Shown: positions 1 through 10,001 of the stretch, piece after piece
How the letters are laid out: each line of letters starts with the position of its first letter
Position numbering within the stretch: position 1 is the stretch's first letter
Notes under the pieces: generated by a model
Database searches by the model: none
Told to the model about the DNA's origin: nothing
The model's input: the letters and a program-made list of their open reading frames with translations, nothing else
NCBI GenBank assembly: GCA_016839585.1
Contig: JAEOTZ010000047.1
Span: 1-42,639, forward strand
DNA: 42,639 nucleotides
Reading direction: 5' to 3'
Origin: Promethearchaeota archaeon
GTDB lineage: Archaea > Asgardarchaeota > Lokiarchaeia > Sigyniarchaeales > SOKP01
Position numbers and translations under genes: made by a program

Positions 1-2
1 AT

Positions 3-3000
3 GATGGCATTGAAACTTTACGGCAAGCAATTGGATTATATAGTCAAATTAATAGAGAAGAAGAAGTTAAGGCAATTAATGAAAAAATATCTGAAATTTA
101 TATCCTAAAAGAACGAGAATTTCGAGACATTGAAGCTAAACCTGAAGAAGAAATTGCTGAATTAGAAAAACCAAAATTTACAGAAGAATTTGCGGTTTCT
201 GATATATCCCAAGAAATTGAAAAAGAACAAGTTGAAGTGGATAGATCGGGTGAAGCGGAAAACATAATATCAGAAGCACAAGAGCTAGTAAAGACAGAAG
301 ATTTTGAAGGTGCTCTTGATAAATATGATGAAGCGATTAATATATTTGAAGAAATGAATATGCCTGATCAAGTTGAAGGCGTTTATAAATTAATTGAAGA
401 GTGTTATAATAAGAAGGCAGAATTTCTACGAAAAATTAAAAAGAAAGAGGTTGTAGAAGAGTCTATAACTGAATTAGAAGAAGAAATTCCTAAAGGGGAA
501 GAGATACAAAAAGAAGCAAGGCTTAAATCTTATCTCGAATCTAAAAGGCGCGAGGAGGAGTTTTCAACACGGGCTTATGATCTCCTAGGACAAGCTGCTG
601 AACTGGCTAAAAGTCGCCAATATGATGATGCTTTAGCATTATATGAAGAAGGGTTTAATTTATTTAATGAATTAAATTGGGAATATGAAGCAAAAAAAGT
701 TGATGGGACTATTACCCAGCTAGAAAAAGAAAAAGAATTATATATAAAAGAACTTGAACAGATTAAATCAGAAAGAGAGAAAGAATTTAAATTAAACGTA
801 AAACAAGAGGTACTTTTAGAAAAGCATGTCAAAGAAATAGAGAAGCAAAAAGAAATTGCGAAGATGGAAAAAGTAAAAGAACTTGAATTGCAAAAAATGG
901 AAGATGAATATTTTCAAGTCCAAATTGCTAATATGGTTAATGAAGCAGATAAGATGGCAAGAGAATATGAATTAGCCATGAAAAAAGCAATAAAGGAAGG
1001 ATCTATTATTGAAACTTCATCTTATCATGAAGTAATTCAAATATATGAGAAAGTTCGAAATTTGTTAATTGAAAAGGGTTGGAAAGATCAAGTACCAATT
1101 TACACTAATCAGATTAATATTTATTATGAAAAGTTAGAAAAATATAATAAATTAAAGCAAATTGAAGCACAAAAATTAGAAAAACAAAAAGCTATTGAAG
1201 AAATGCATAGAATCAAAGAAGAAGAAACCCAAGTAACTTATGATATTGAAAAAATGAAAATTGTTGAAGAAACAAAAAAGAAAGAAATGGAAGTTGAAAA
1301 TTTCATAAAACAAATTGATGATATGGTAAATAACGCTGAAAGAACAGCAAGAGAATATGAAGTAGCGTTAAGAAAAGGTCAGTTCGAAAGAACTTGTCCA
1401 TATCCTGAAATCATTACTACTTATGAAAAAGTTAGAAATATAATGTTTGAAAAAGGATTGAAAGACGATGCTGCTATTTACACCACTCAAATTCAAGCCT
1501 ACAAGGAAAAGTTAGAAAAAGATAAGAGATTACGCGATATAGAGGCTCAAAAAATTGAAAAACAAAAAGAAATCGCAGAAATCCATAAGATTGAAAGAGA
1601 AGTTAAACCGATAAAGATTGAAAAAGGTAAAAAGGATGAAGAACAGAAATTTGAAAATTTTATTACAGAAATGGTAAATAAGGCTGAAAAACTAGCCCGA
1701 GATTATGAAATCACATTAAAAAAAGCTAAAAATAAAGTAGAGATAATAGAAAAAACACCCTATTCTGAAGTTATTGATATCTATAAAGAGATCAGAGAAA
1801 AGCTATACGCTAGAGGTTGGAAGGATCAGGCAGAAATATACACAAATCAAATCAAAATATATCAAGAAAAGTTAGAAAAAGATAAAAAGTTGTTTGAGAT
1901 TGAACTCCAGAAATTGGAGAAGGAAAAAGAATTAGAGGAATTTTATAAAGTCCAAAAAATTGAGAAGGAAATCCCTCTCAAAGAAAAAGAGCTTAAGGTT
2001 ATTGATAAGAAAAAAGAAGAAGAGAGCTTTGAGAAATATATAGCTGAACGGGTCAATAAAGCAGAAAAATTAGTTAGAGATTATGAAATTGAATTAAAAA
2101 AAGCTAAAAATAAAGCGAAACTAATAGAACAGAATCCCTATCTTGTAGTTATTGATATATATAAACAGATTAGAGAAAAGCTATACGCTAGAGGTTGGAA
2201 AGACCAAGCAGAGGTCTATACTAATCAAATCAAAATATATCAAGAAAAGTTAGAAAAAGATAAAAAGTTGCTTGAGATTGAACTCCAGAAATTGGAGAAG
2301 GAAAAAGAATTAGAGGAATTTTATAAAGTTCAAAAAATTGAGAAGGAAATCCCTCTTGAAGAAAAAGAGCTAAAGGTTATTGAAAAGAAAAAAGAAGAAG
2401 AGAGCTTTGAGAACTATGTAGCTAATATGGTTAATAAAGCTGAAAAATTAGCTCGCGACTTTGAAATTTCAATGAAGAAAGCTATAAGGGAAGGAAAAGT
2501 AATTGAAGCAACTCCGTATCCTGAAGTTATTGATATCTATAAACAAATTAGAGAAAATGTTTATGCTAGAGGTTGGAGAGAACAAGCAGAGATATATGCC
2601 AATCAGATAAAAATATATCAAGAAAAATTAAACAAGATTTTAAAATTACGTGAGGTTGAAGCTAAAAAAATAAAAAAGCAAAAAGATATCGATGAAATGC
2701 ACAAAATCCAACCTGAAATTACACCAATTAAACCCAAAAAAGTAAAGGAAGAAGATCGAAAAGAAGATCTTCTTTTAGATAAAGCGATGAGACTAATTGA
2801 CGAAGCAGAAAAAATGGCAAGAGATTATGAAATAAAACTGAAAACAGATATTTTAAGTTATGAAAGTCCCTATGAAACTGTTATCTCTTATTATGATGAG
2901 GCAAGAAAAATATTCCATAAAATTGGTTGGAAGGATGAAGCCAGCCGATTAATAAATACAATTAAATTTTATAAAGATAAGAAGGAAAAGGATGAAAAGT

Positions 3001-4739
3001 TAAGAGTTTTTGAACAAAAGAAGTTAGAAGAAGCAGAGTTAGAAGTAGTAGCCGTTAAACCAGAAACTGAAAAAGAAATACTTGCTAGGCATAAAAAGAT
3101 AATAGATTATGAAGAAGGAAAAAAGGAAAAAGCGCAAACTGCTGATGAAATATTCAAATTGATTAATGATGCTGAAAGAATGGCACAAGAATATGAAGTA
3201 AATATAAAAGAAGGTATTCTTAAGCACGAATGCCCTTATAGTGAGATAATTGAAATCTACCGAGATGCGAAAAAAAACTTTGAACAAATCGGTTGGACAG
3301 AAGAAGCAAGTAAATTAATTAGTTCAATTAATTTTTACAAGGAAAAACTGGAAAAAGATATAAAATTACGGACTCTAGAAACTTCAAAAGTCAAAAAAAG
3401 AGAGGAAGATTTGTTACAACAACAAAAGTTAGTTGAAAAAGCTCGATTAGAACAACTTAAATTACAAAAACAAAGACATGAATCTTTATTATTACAAAGA
3501 GCTGAAGAATCCGAATTTGAAAATAAAAAGAATAAAGCTTTTGATTTAATGGATCGTGCGAAAGTAGAATTAAAACAAAATAATTTTGACAAAGCAATTG
3601 AATTATACAAGGAAAGCGAAAAGATTTTTTCTAATATAAAATGGAAAGAAGGCATTACAATGGTTCGAGGCACTATAACATTAATTAAAAGTAAGAAAGA
3701 AGGATTTGAAGCCAAATTAAAAACAACTAAACAAAGAGAAGTTAAGCAGTTGGAGTTAGAAAAAAAATTAGAAAAAAAATTAACCGAAGCTCACGAGATA
3801 AGGAAATTTCACCAAGAACAAAAGAAACAAGAATTTTTGAAAATCCAAAGACAAAAAGAATGGGAAAAAGAGATTTCAGAAGAAGCATATCAACTTTTAG
3901 AACAGGGAACAGCATTGTTAGAGCGTAAAAAGTTTGATGATGCTTATGAGAAATACATTAAAGCCAGAGAACTGTTTAATAAAATATCTTGGCAAAGGGA
4001 AGTTTCTCGTATTAACAACGAACTTTTATTCAAATTGCAGAGAGAGAGGAAGAAATCTGAGATTTTGATAGATATTGGTAAGAAAAGAGCTGAAGAAAAA
4101 GAGAAAATAGAAGAAATGATGATTGAAGCATTAAAAGAAAGGAAAAAAGCTGAAAAAAGAAAGAAAAAGGAGAAATCTGAAGAACAAGAAAAAGAGAGGA
4201 TTGAAGATATATTTAAAGAAATAACGAGAGCAAGAAAGCTTATTGAAGATTTCAATTACAATAAAGCTCTTCAAATACTTAAGAAAGAGATAAAAAGGAT
4301 GAAGAAGAGAAAAAAACTTGAAGAAGTTTCAGAAATCGAAGAATTAATCAATAGCCTAATACTTCAATCGCAGGTCCCTTTAATCACATTAGAAGAACTT
4401 GATGAAGATGAAAATTTAAAAAAATTCAACTTAGCATATGAAGCATTAGATCGAGCACAACTATCCATATCAAATAATCGGTATATGAAAACAGTATCCG
4501 AATTAAATGAAGCTCTCCATAATTTAAAAGAAACCAAAATTGGTGCGAAATATATTAACGACATACAAAATAAAGTAAAAGAATTTGAAGAAAAACTTGG
4601 AAAAAAACCTCCTGAAGTTAAACATGAACCTGAAAAGGAAGCAGTGCTTTTAGAGAATGAAACGGAAGAATTAAAAGCAAGAATTGCAGCAAGAAGAGAA
4701 GAAAGGAAGCAAAAGGTCTTAAAATTATTAAAAAAGTGA
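3..4739 (+). CDS. Giant (>1578 aa, 5'-truncated) alpha-helical repeat protein with TPR/MIT-like three-helix units separated by E/K-rich coiled coils
   Basis: The frame is open from base 3 (DGIETLRQAIGLYSQ...), so the GTG at 237 is not the true start. It has seven units of MVNxAEKxARDYE...PY..I.IY...GW......Y...I..Y.EKL and four TPR/MIT-like units (e.g. AYDLLGQAAELAKSRQYDDALALYEEGFNLF). Confidence 0.85.
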   Translation, partial: DGIETLRQAIGLYSQINREEEVKAINEKISEIYILKEREFRDIEAKPEEEIAELEKPKFTEEFAVSDISQEIEKEQVEVDRSGEAENIISEAQELVKTEDFEGALDKYDEAINIFEEMNMPDQVEGVYKLIEECYNKKAEFLRKIKKKEVVEESITELEEEIPKGEEIQKEARLKSYLESKRREEEFSTRAYDLLGQAAELAKSRQYDDALALYEEGFNLFNELNWEYEAKKVDGTITQLEKEKELYIKELEQIKSEREKEFKLNVKQEVLLEKHVKEIEKQKEIAKMEKVKELELQKMEDEYFQVQIANMVNEADKMAREYELAMKKAIKEGSIIETSSYHEVIQIYEKVRNLLIEKGWKDQVPIYTNQINIYYEKLEKYNKLKQIEAQKLEKQKAIEEMHRIKEEETQVTYDIEKMKIVEETKKKEMEVENFIKQIDDMVNNAERTAREYEVALRKGQFERTCPYPEIITTYEKVRNIMFEKGLKDDAAIYTTQIQAYKEKLEKDKRLRDIEAQKIEKQKEIAEIHKIEREVKPIKIEKGKKDEEQKFENFITEMVNKAEKLARDYEITLKKAKNKVEIIEKTPYSEVIDIYKEIREKLYARGWKDQAEIYTNQIKIYQEKLEKDKKLFEIELQKLEKEKELEEFYKVQKIEKEIPLKEKELKVIDKKKEEESFEKYIAERVNKAEKLVRDYEIELKKAKNKAKLIEQNPYLVVIDIYKQIREKLYARGWKDQAEVYTNQIKIYQEKLEKDKKLLEIELQKLEKEKELEEFYKVQKIEKEIPLEEKELKVIEKKKEEESFENYVANMVNKAEKLARDFEISMKKAIREGKVIEATPYPEVIDIYKQIRENVYARGWREQAEIYANQIKIYQEKLNKILKLREVEAKKIKKQKDIDEMHKIQPEITPIKPKKVKEEDRKEDLLLDKAMRLIDEAEKMARDYEIKLKTDILSYESPYETVISYYDEARKIFHKIGWKDEASRLINTIKFYKDKKEKDEKLRVFEQKKLEEAELEVVAVKPETEKEILARHKKIIDYEEGKKEKAQTADEIFKLINDAERMAQEYEVNIKEGILKHECPYSEIIEIYRDAKKNFEQIGWTEEASKLISSINFYKEKLEKDIKLRTLETSKVKKREEDLLQQQKLVEKARLEQLKLQKQRHESLLLQRAEESEFENKKNKAFDLMDRAKVELKQNNFDKAIELYKESEKIFSNIKWKEGITMVRGTITLIKSKKEGFEAKLKTTKQREVKQLELEKKLEKKLTEAHEIRKFHQEQKKQEFLKIQRQKEWEKEISEEAYQLLEQGTALLERKKFDDAYEKYIKARELFNKISWQREVSRINNELLFKLQRERKKSEILIDIGKKRAEEKEKIEEMMIEALKERKKAEKRKKKEKSEEQEKERIEDIFKEITRARKLIEDFNYNKALQILKKEIKRMKKRKKLEEVSEIEELINSLILQSQVPLITLEELDEDENLKKFNLAYEALDRAQLSISNNRYMKTVSELNEALHNLKETKIGAKYINDIQNKVKEFEEKLGKKPPEVKHEPEKEAVLLENETEELKARIAARREERKQKVLKLLKK
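1770..2413 (+). repeat. Recent intragenic duplication with a 378-nt (126-aa) period
   Basis: AGCTATACGCTAGAGGTTGG occurs at 1801 and 2179. About 265 nt are near-identical between ~1770-2035 and ~2148-2413. Confidence 0.9.
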
Positions 4740-4756
4740 AAAATAAAAAAATAAGT

Positions 4757-4978
4757 TTATATTACTAATTTTTCGTGAATCTCATTTTCAACTGATTCCT
4801 CAATCATCATTGTTGAAATATTTCTAGTAACAGACTCTTCAAGCAAATATTCTGTTTTTATTAAGTCTCTTATAGCCACGCGTATTGCTTCACTTCTGTT
4901 CGGAAATTTTTGTTCCGCTACTAAAATTTCTAATACTTTTAAATACGTTTCAGGTAAGTTTACTGATATTAGCTTCAT
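4757..4978 (-). CDS. Ribbon-helix-helix (CopG/Arc/MetJ) transcription regulator, CdrS-like
   Basis: N-terminal beta strand KLISVNLP followed by FPNRSEAIRVAIRDL, typical of archaeal RHH/CdrS proteins. Confidence 0.85.
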   Translation of the reverse strand: MKLISVNLPETYLKVLEILVAEQKFPNRSEAIRVAIRDLIKTEYLLEESVTRNISTMMIEESVENEIHEKLVI

Positions 4979-5301
4979 TAAAATAATCTCCTATTCTTTT
5001 ATTTATAAAATAATAATGAATTGTATATATACAGATATGACGGAGGTGATATTTAAAGCTATTGTGGAAATTGACCCCCAGAAACCCGACAGAATCCTGA
5101 AAATGATTTTATCCGGTTTTAAAGTTAAGATTGTGGGACCTAATAATATTATTGGAATATCAATTTTATAGGAAAAACTTCAGCTATTATTTATAATTGA
5201 AAAAATATTTATATAATGTATTATATGTAACATGTAACATAAAAAATACAATTGATATAAAAAAATTGTAAATACAAAAATAAAACGAGAATTGATTTAT
5301 T

Positions 5302-5622
5302 ATGTCTGATATTCAAAGTCAGTTGAAAGAACATTTAAAAAGTGGCAAAGATTGGGAAAAGATGAATACTCCTATTCAAGGAATTAGTGTTGTTAAAGTT
5401 CCTGCAACAAAAGCAAGACCTGCATTACTATTTTTAGAGATTAATCCTTTAAAAGAAGATGGTAGCCCTATGAAACGAAAAGGTTTATTTGTAGGAAACA
5501 AGGAAATGCTTATAAAATTTAGCGAAGCTTTAAATGATGATAAGACATTTCAATTAATCCAAGAACTTGAGCGAGTTAATCCAAAAGAAACCAAGAATAG
5601 CACTAAGAAATTAGAGATGTGA
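5302..5622 (+). CDS. Hypothetical protein (106 aa)
   Basis: Clean ORF with a TATA-like TTTATATA at ~5208 and a T-rich tract after the stop. Confidence 0.75.
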   Translation: MSDIQSQLKEHLKSGKDWEKMNTPIQGISVVKVPATKARPALLFLEINPLKEDGSPMKRKGLFVGNKEMLIKFSEALNDDKTFQLIQELERVNPKETKNSTKKLEM

Positions 5623-5814
5623 ATTTTCTATTGTTTTTTTAATTTTTTCCTATTTTTATATATAAATAGAGTTTATAGTAATTATAAATTTAAATTCAAA
5701 AAGGTTTAAATAAAAATTATATTGAAAAATAAATCAATTCAATGTAAGACAAAAAATCAAAAACGATTTTGTAATCTCTTTTTCTTTAAATATATCTGGT
5801 AAATAAAGGAATTA

Positions 5815-7869
5815 ATGATTGAAAAAAAACCTCAAAACAATTCCTTAAATCGCTGTAAATTCTGTGGGTGGAAATTTCCAAATGATTTGCTCGAAAAAAT
5901 TAACGAGAATAGTGATCCTCTATTTTGTGAACTCTGTGGTGCTGATATTAGATATGATAATGTAAGTAATCAAGAAAATGATGAAATAATTAAAAATAAA
6001 AGTGAAATTGATTTATGTGGTAGCACTGATAAATCAAAAATTTCCCTCTGGAAACGTATTTATGACACAATAAAAAAATTTGTAATTGAAACTGGAGGGA
6101 GAGAAATTCAAGAAGGATTAACTGAGAAACAAAAAGAAAGCATTACTAGAGTCTTTAATGACAATGATTTCCCAAAAATCTTTAAGGAAAACTTTATTAT
6201 TGTCTTTGCGCGAATTACCTATTTTGAGTTAAAAAAGCTAGAGAGTACGGCAAATCTAAAGAATAGTAAAAGGAATTTAACAAAAGCTGAACTTAAAACT
6301 TTGAATGAACGCCTTAAACCAATTACAGAGAAAGATATTAAAGGTGAATTCTTGAAAAACCTACATAAAATATCCCATAATTATTTTAGAAAATGGCTGA
6401 AAAAATTACAAGTTAAATTGAAGTCAAGTCCAACCTATTATAATGATTTCATCACCTACATCCAATGGCTTATTAAAATTATCGCTAAAATCGTTTCAGA
6501 ACTTTGGGAGAAGACTAATCTCCCCAAATTTGAACAAACAATACTTAAAGATTTAAAAAAATACTTTAACTCATTTTATTCTACTAAAAACAACATAAAA
6601 AATGAACCTGAAGATCAAAAATTAAGAAGACTTAAAGCAACAACTAATAATAAAATTAGTTTAGTTAAAAACACTTCTTTCAACTTGAATGGTGAGACTC
6701 CTGTAAGATCCCTTAATAATGAAGAATCGGAAGCTATAAATACTTTTACAATTTTAGAGCTATTTGAGAACTTAAAGGGAGAGTTAGAGAAAATAGATTC
6801 ACCTGAAATACTTGCTAGAGGAGGTTTAAGTGATAGTATGCTTAGTTCTTTATTAGGTAAATCAGAAAATCATATAAATTATATCAAATCTCAAATAAGG
6901 AAATATAAATTAAAGGGGGAAGTTTATCAGCTTGCTTTAGATTTATTTGATCATTATAAAGAGAGTTTGAAGTCTAAGTTTGGTGAAAAGGCTAAAAATG
7001 CTATTAATTTTATAGAAAAGTATAAGAATTTAAATTTCGTAAGAAAATCATTAAAAAGAATACATTCTCACCATCCAAATCTAATTCTAGATTATTTTAA
7101 GATAGTTAATAATAAAGAAAAAGCATATTGGCTTGGATTTATATTCGCTGATGGTTTTATAGAGGTAAATGGTAAGAGGTTTGCAATAGAACTTGGTAGA
7201 AAAGACAAGAGATTGCTTTATAAATTAGCAAAATGTTTGAAATTTAATGAAGATTATATATTTTATAATAAGGAACATAATTCGTATGTGCTCCGTTTTC
7301 AAAACGAAGAGTTTTGTAATTATTTAGTAAATCTTGGAATGATTCCAGGTGAAATAAAATCTAAAAAAATTAAACTTCCTAAGTTAGACAATCGGGAACT
7401 TTATTTGGCATTCTTATTAGGTTATTTTGATGGTGATGGTCATCAAGGCACATCTAGAATTACTTCAGGTTCAATAAAATTTCTTCGTCAGATTAAAAAT
7501 AGATACAATATCAAATATAGTATTGATTATAGAAGATCGACTTTAACTTTAGGAGCTAGTTTACTAAATGAAATGTTAGATAATTATAAAGATAGTTTAT
7601 TAAGAAAAAGAATTTATCTTAGAGTAAATGTAAAAGCAGAAGTGATAGATAATTTAGGAATTCAAATAGGTGAAATTTTTTACACTGTCGAAAGACTTAG
7701 TAAATTATTATGGGAGATTCCCCTATATAAATTAACAGAGATAATTTCTCAAGAATCAGGGGTGGAGATGTCTGATAGGACACTAGCAAAGTATTGTGAT
7801 AAATTAAATCTTCATAGACCAAATAGTGGTTATTGGCATCAGAAAAAGTTTTTAGGTAAATTCGGTTAA
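5815..7869 (+). CDS. Free-standing LAGLIDADG endonuclease-domain protein with an N-terminal Zn ribbon and a C-terminal HTH
   Basis: Two LAGLIDADG motifs (AYWLGFIFADG, AFLLGYFDGDG), N-terminal CKFC...CELC, and C-terminal LLWEIP...SDRTLAKYCDKLNLHRPNSGYW. No intein splicing motifs seen. Confidence 0.85.
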   Translation: MIEKKPQNNSLNRCKFCGWKFPNDLLEKINENSDPLFCELCGADIRYDNVSNQENDEIIKNKSEIDLCGSTDKSKISLWKRIYDTIKKFVIETGGREIQEGLTEKQKESITRVFNDNDFPKIFKENFIIVFARITYFELKKLESTANLKNSKRNLTKAELKTLNERLKPITEKDIKGEFLKNLHKISHNYFRKWLKKLQVKLKSSPTYYNDFITYIQWLIKIIAKIVSELWEKTNLPKFEQTILKDLKKYFNSFYSTKNNIKNEPEDQKLRRLKATTNNKISLVKNTSFNLNGETPVRSLNNEESEAINTFTILELFENLKGELEKIDSPEILARGGLSDSMLSSLLGKSENHINYIKSQIRKYKLKGEVYQLALDLFDHYKESLKSKFGEKAKNAINFIEKYKNLNFVRKSLKRIHSHHPNLILDYFKIVNNKEKAYWLGFIFADGFIEVNGKRFAIELGRKDKRLLYKLAKCLKFNEDYIFYNKEHNSYVLRFQNEEFCNYLVNLGMIPGEIKSKKIKLPKLDNRELYLAFLLGYFDGDGHQGTSRITSGSIKFLRQIKNRYNIKYSIDYRRSTLTLGASLLNEMLDNYKDSLLRKRIYLRVNVKAEVIDNLGIQIGEIFYTVERLSKLLWEIPLYKLTEIISQESGVEMSDRTLAKYCDKLNLHRPNSGYWHQKKFLGKFG

Positions 7870-8012
7870 TTTTATATTTAATATTTTTTTAAATAATTTG
7901 AATAATTAGTTGTTAGTATTTAATTAGAAATGCTTAATAGTAGGTAAGATGTTATATAATTATAAATCATTTTAAAAATATTTTAAAAAAAACTATAAGA
8001 AGGTGTATTTTT

Positions 8013-8318
8013 CTGGAAGATGATGGCAAACACTGTGTTGTGTGTGGAGGGGAAAGCTTTAGAATAGCTAATGATGAATGGATGAATTTTTAGGACTTTT
8101 CGACCTAAAACATCATACGTGCATTTAGATTTGTAGAAACAGGGCAATTAAAGATGTGCGACGGATGTGGAGCTAAATATTTATTATGCAAACAATGTGG
8201 TGGTTTATTCACACGGGTTCATCCAGCCCTAGAAGCATGGGAAGTTAATCAAAGATGCCCCGCTTGTGGAGCCGAGGATCCTGATGTTAAAGCATGGGAC
8301 GGAGTCTCAGCTCGTTAA
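8013..8318 (+). CDS. Intron-split double zinc-ribbon protein (~91 aa after splicing; exons 8013-8086 and 8117-8318)
   Basis: Spliced product: (M)EDDGKHCVVCGGESFRIANDEWMKRAFRFVETGQLKMCDGCGAKYLLCKQCGGLFTRVHPALEAWEVNQRCPACGAEDPDVKAWDGVSAR, with four CxxC motifs. SD-like AGGTG at 8001; probable CTG start. Absent from the ORF track. Confidence 0.8.
8087..8116 (+). other. 30-nt bulge-helix-bulge mRNA intron
   Basis: GATG(8081-84)/CATC(8111-14) 4-bp helix, 3-nt bulges AAT and ATA, inner stem TTTTAGG/CCTAAAA, exon stem ATGAATG/CGTGCAT. It carries in-frame TAG and TAA; removal gives ATG AAA CGT. Confidence 0.85.
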
Positions 8319-8516
8319 TCAACTCTATTATTTTTTTAGTCTCTTTTTTAATAAAAATGTGTTGATAATTTTTACATTAAATTTTGCACAATATTACAGA
8401 AATTAACTTTATAAAAAATCATTGTATAAAATTCATATCATTTGATTTTATTATTTATTACAAGTTAAGAAATTGTAAAAAAAGATTTATCGAAAAATAA
8501 AAAATGTATGATTAAC

Positions 8517-8975
8517 ATGGCTGATATTAAAGTTGAGATTGCTTCTCCTGAACAGATCGAGGATTTACGAGACTTAACAAAACATTTAGTTGAAGAGTTA
8601 GGGGAAAAATTTGATCCAAAACGTTTCGACTGGGGAATTCGAAGAAGATTGTATGATCCGTTACAAAGGCATGGAATCTTGATAGCCTTAGACGAGGAAG
8701 AGAATAAAGTTGCTGGTATGATTATTGCAGAACTTCGAATCGATCCTTTCGGAACTTCAGAGGGGTATATCAAACAATTTTTCCTAAAGGAAAATTATCG
8801 AGGGAAGGGATATGGTCGAATATTACTCGAAAAAGCCCTTGAACACCTTAAGAAAATAAAAGTAGAGAAGGTAAAAGTAAATCTCAGAGAGGAAGCAAAG
8901 AAAGCTTCTGATTTATATAAGAGTATGAATTTTAAGAAAGTATTCGAGGTTTTAGAATTAAATTTAGCTAAATAA
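8517..8975 (+). CDS. GNAT family N-acetyltransferase
   Basis: Acetyl-CoA motif A (YRGKGYGRILL) and C-terminal LYKSMNF. The start may be 8508 or 8517. Confidence 0.85.
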   Translation: MADIKVEIASPEQIEDLRDLTKHLVEELGEKFDPKRFDWGIRRRLYDPLQRHGILIALDEEENKVAGMIIAELRIDPFGTSEGYIKQFFLKENYRGKGYGRILLEKALEHLKKIKVEKVKVNLREEAKKASDLYKSMNFKKVFEVLELNLAK

Positions 8976-8982
8976 GATTCTT

Positions 8983-9948
8983 ATGAATATCCCTTGGGTT
9001 GAAAAGTACAGGCCACGGAGTTTTGATGAGATTGTAAGTCAGAATATCGCTATTAATAACATTAAAGAATTTACAAAAACCACCGATATGCCTCACATGA
9101 TCTTTGCTGGTCCTGCAGGAACTGGAAAAACAAGTACAGCATTAATAATAGCGAGAACATTCCTTAAAAAGGACGAAATTGCGACAAATCTTTTAGAATT
9201 GAATGCCTCTGACACCGTAAGAATGGATTTTGTACGAAATGTTCTTAAAGGTTTTGTAAATCAAAATATTATTAAGAATGGGTCTTTAAAATTTGTTATT
9301 TTGGATGAAGCAGATAATATCCCTTCCCAAGTTCAACAAGCTCTTAGAAGGATTATAGAAAAAACATCTAATAATATTAAATTCATATTATTATGTAATT
9401 ATATAAATAGAATAATAGATCCTATAATCTCTCGATGTGCTGTATTCAGATTTGTTAATTTACCCAAGGAGAAAATCATAGAGAGATTAAAGTATATCTC
9501 AAAGAAAGAAAAACTTCCATTACCTTCTAATAAAACACAAGAGTTTTTTGAAACGTTATTTTTTATTTCGGGTGGCGATTTAAGGAAAGCAATAAATACT
9601 CTTCAAATGTCAGTGGCTCTTGAATTATTAGATGATTTAGATATTAATGAAATTCTAAAAATTTCTGGATTTTTAGACGAAAAAACTCTGGAGCATCTAA
9701 TTGAAGCTATCAAAAATAAAGATTATAAGAAATCAAGGGAAATAATTGACTTAGTTGAAAATCTCGATAGTAGAAATTTTATACGACAATTATTAAACTC
9801 TCTACTTCCGCTTGATATCAATCCTCAAAACGCATCTATTTTAAGATCGTTTATTGGAGATATAGATTATCGTATAAGTCAAGGTGCAGATGAACATATA
9901 CAAATTGCAGCACTCCTGGCAAAAATTATAGAATTAGTAAATAAATAA
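8983..9948 (+). CDS. rfcS: Replication factor C small subunit
   Basis: PWVEKYRP, Walker A GPAGTGKT, LELNASD, Walker B ILDEAD, SRC motif, GDLRKAIN. Confidence 0.95.
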   Translation: MNIPWVEKYRPRSFDEIVSQNIAINNIKEFTKTTDMPHMIFAGPAGTGKTSTALIIARTFLKKDEIATNLLELNASDTVRMDFVRNVLKGFVNQNIIKNGSLKFVILDEADNIPSQVQQALRRIIEKTSNNIKFILLCNYINRIIDPIISRCAVFRFVNLPKEKIIERLKYISKKEKLPLPSNKTQEFFETLFFISGGDLRKAINTLQMSVALELLDDLDINEILKISGFLDEKTLEHLIEAIKNKDYKKSREIIDLVENLDSRNFIRQLLNSLLPLDINPQNASILRSFIGDIDYRISQGADEHIQIAALLAKIIELVNK

Positions 9949-10001
9949 AATTTTTAGATTTGGTATAAAAAAACGAAAAAAAATCATAAAGCGAAAAGAT
10001 A

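Noticed and set aside
575-4564. Minus-strand ORFs inside the giant gene
   Set aside because: Antisense shadows of E/K-rich coding sequence (F/S/L-rich, no motifs).
8013-8318. Pseudogene or stop-readthrough reading of the zinc gene
   Set aside because: Both stops (TAG, TAA) fall within one BHB-bounded 30-nt segment and the flanks show no other lesions.
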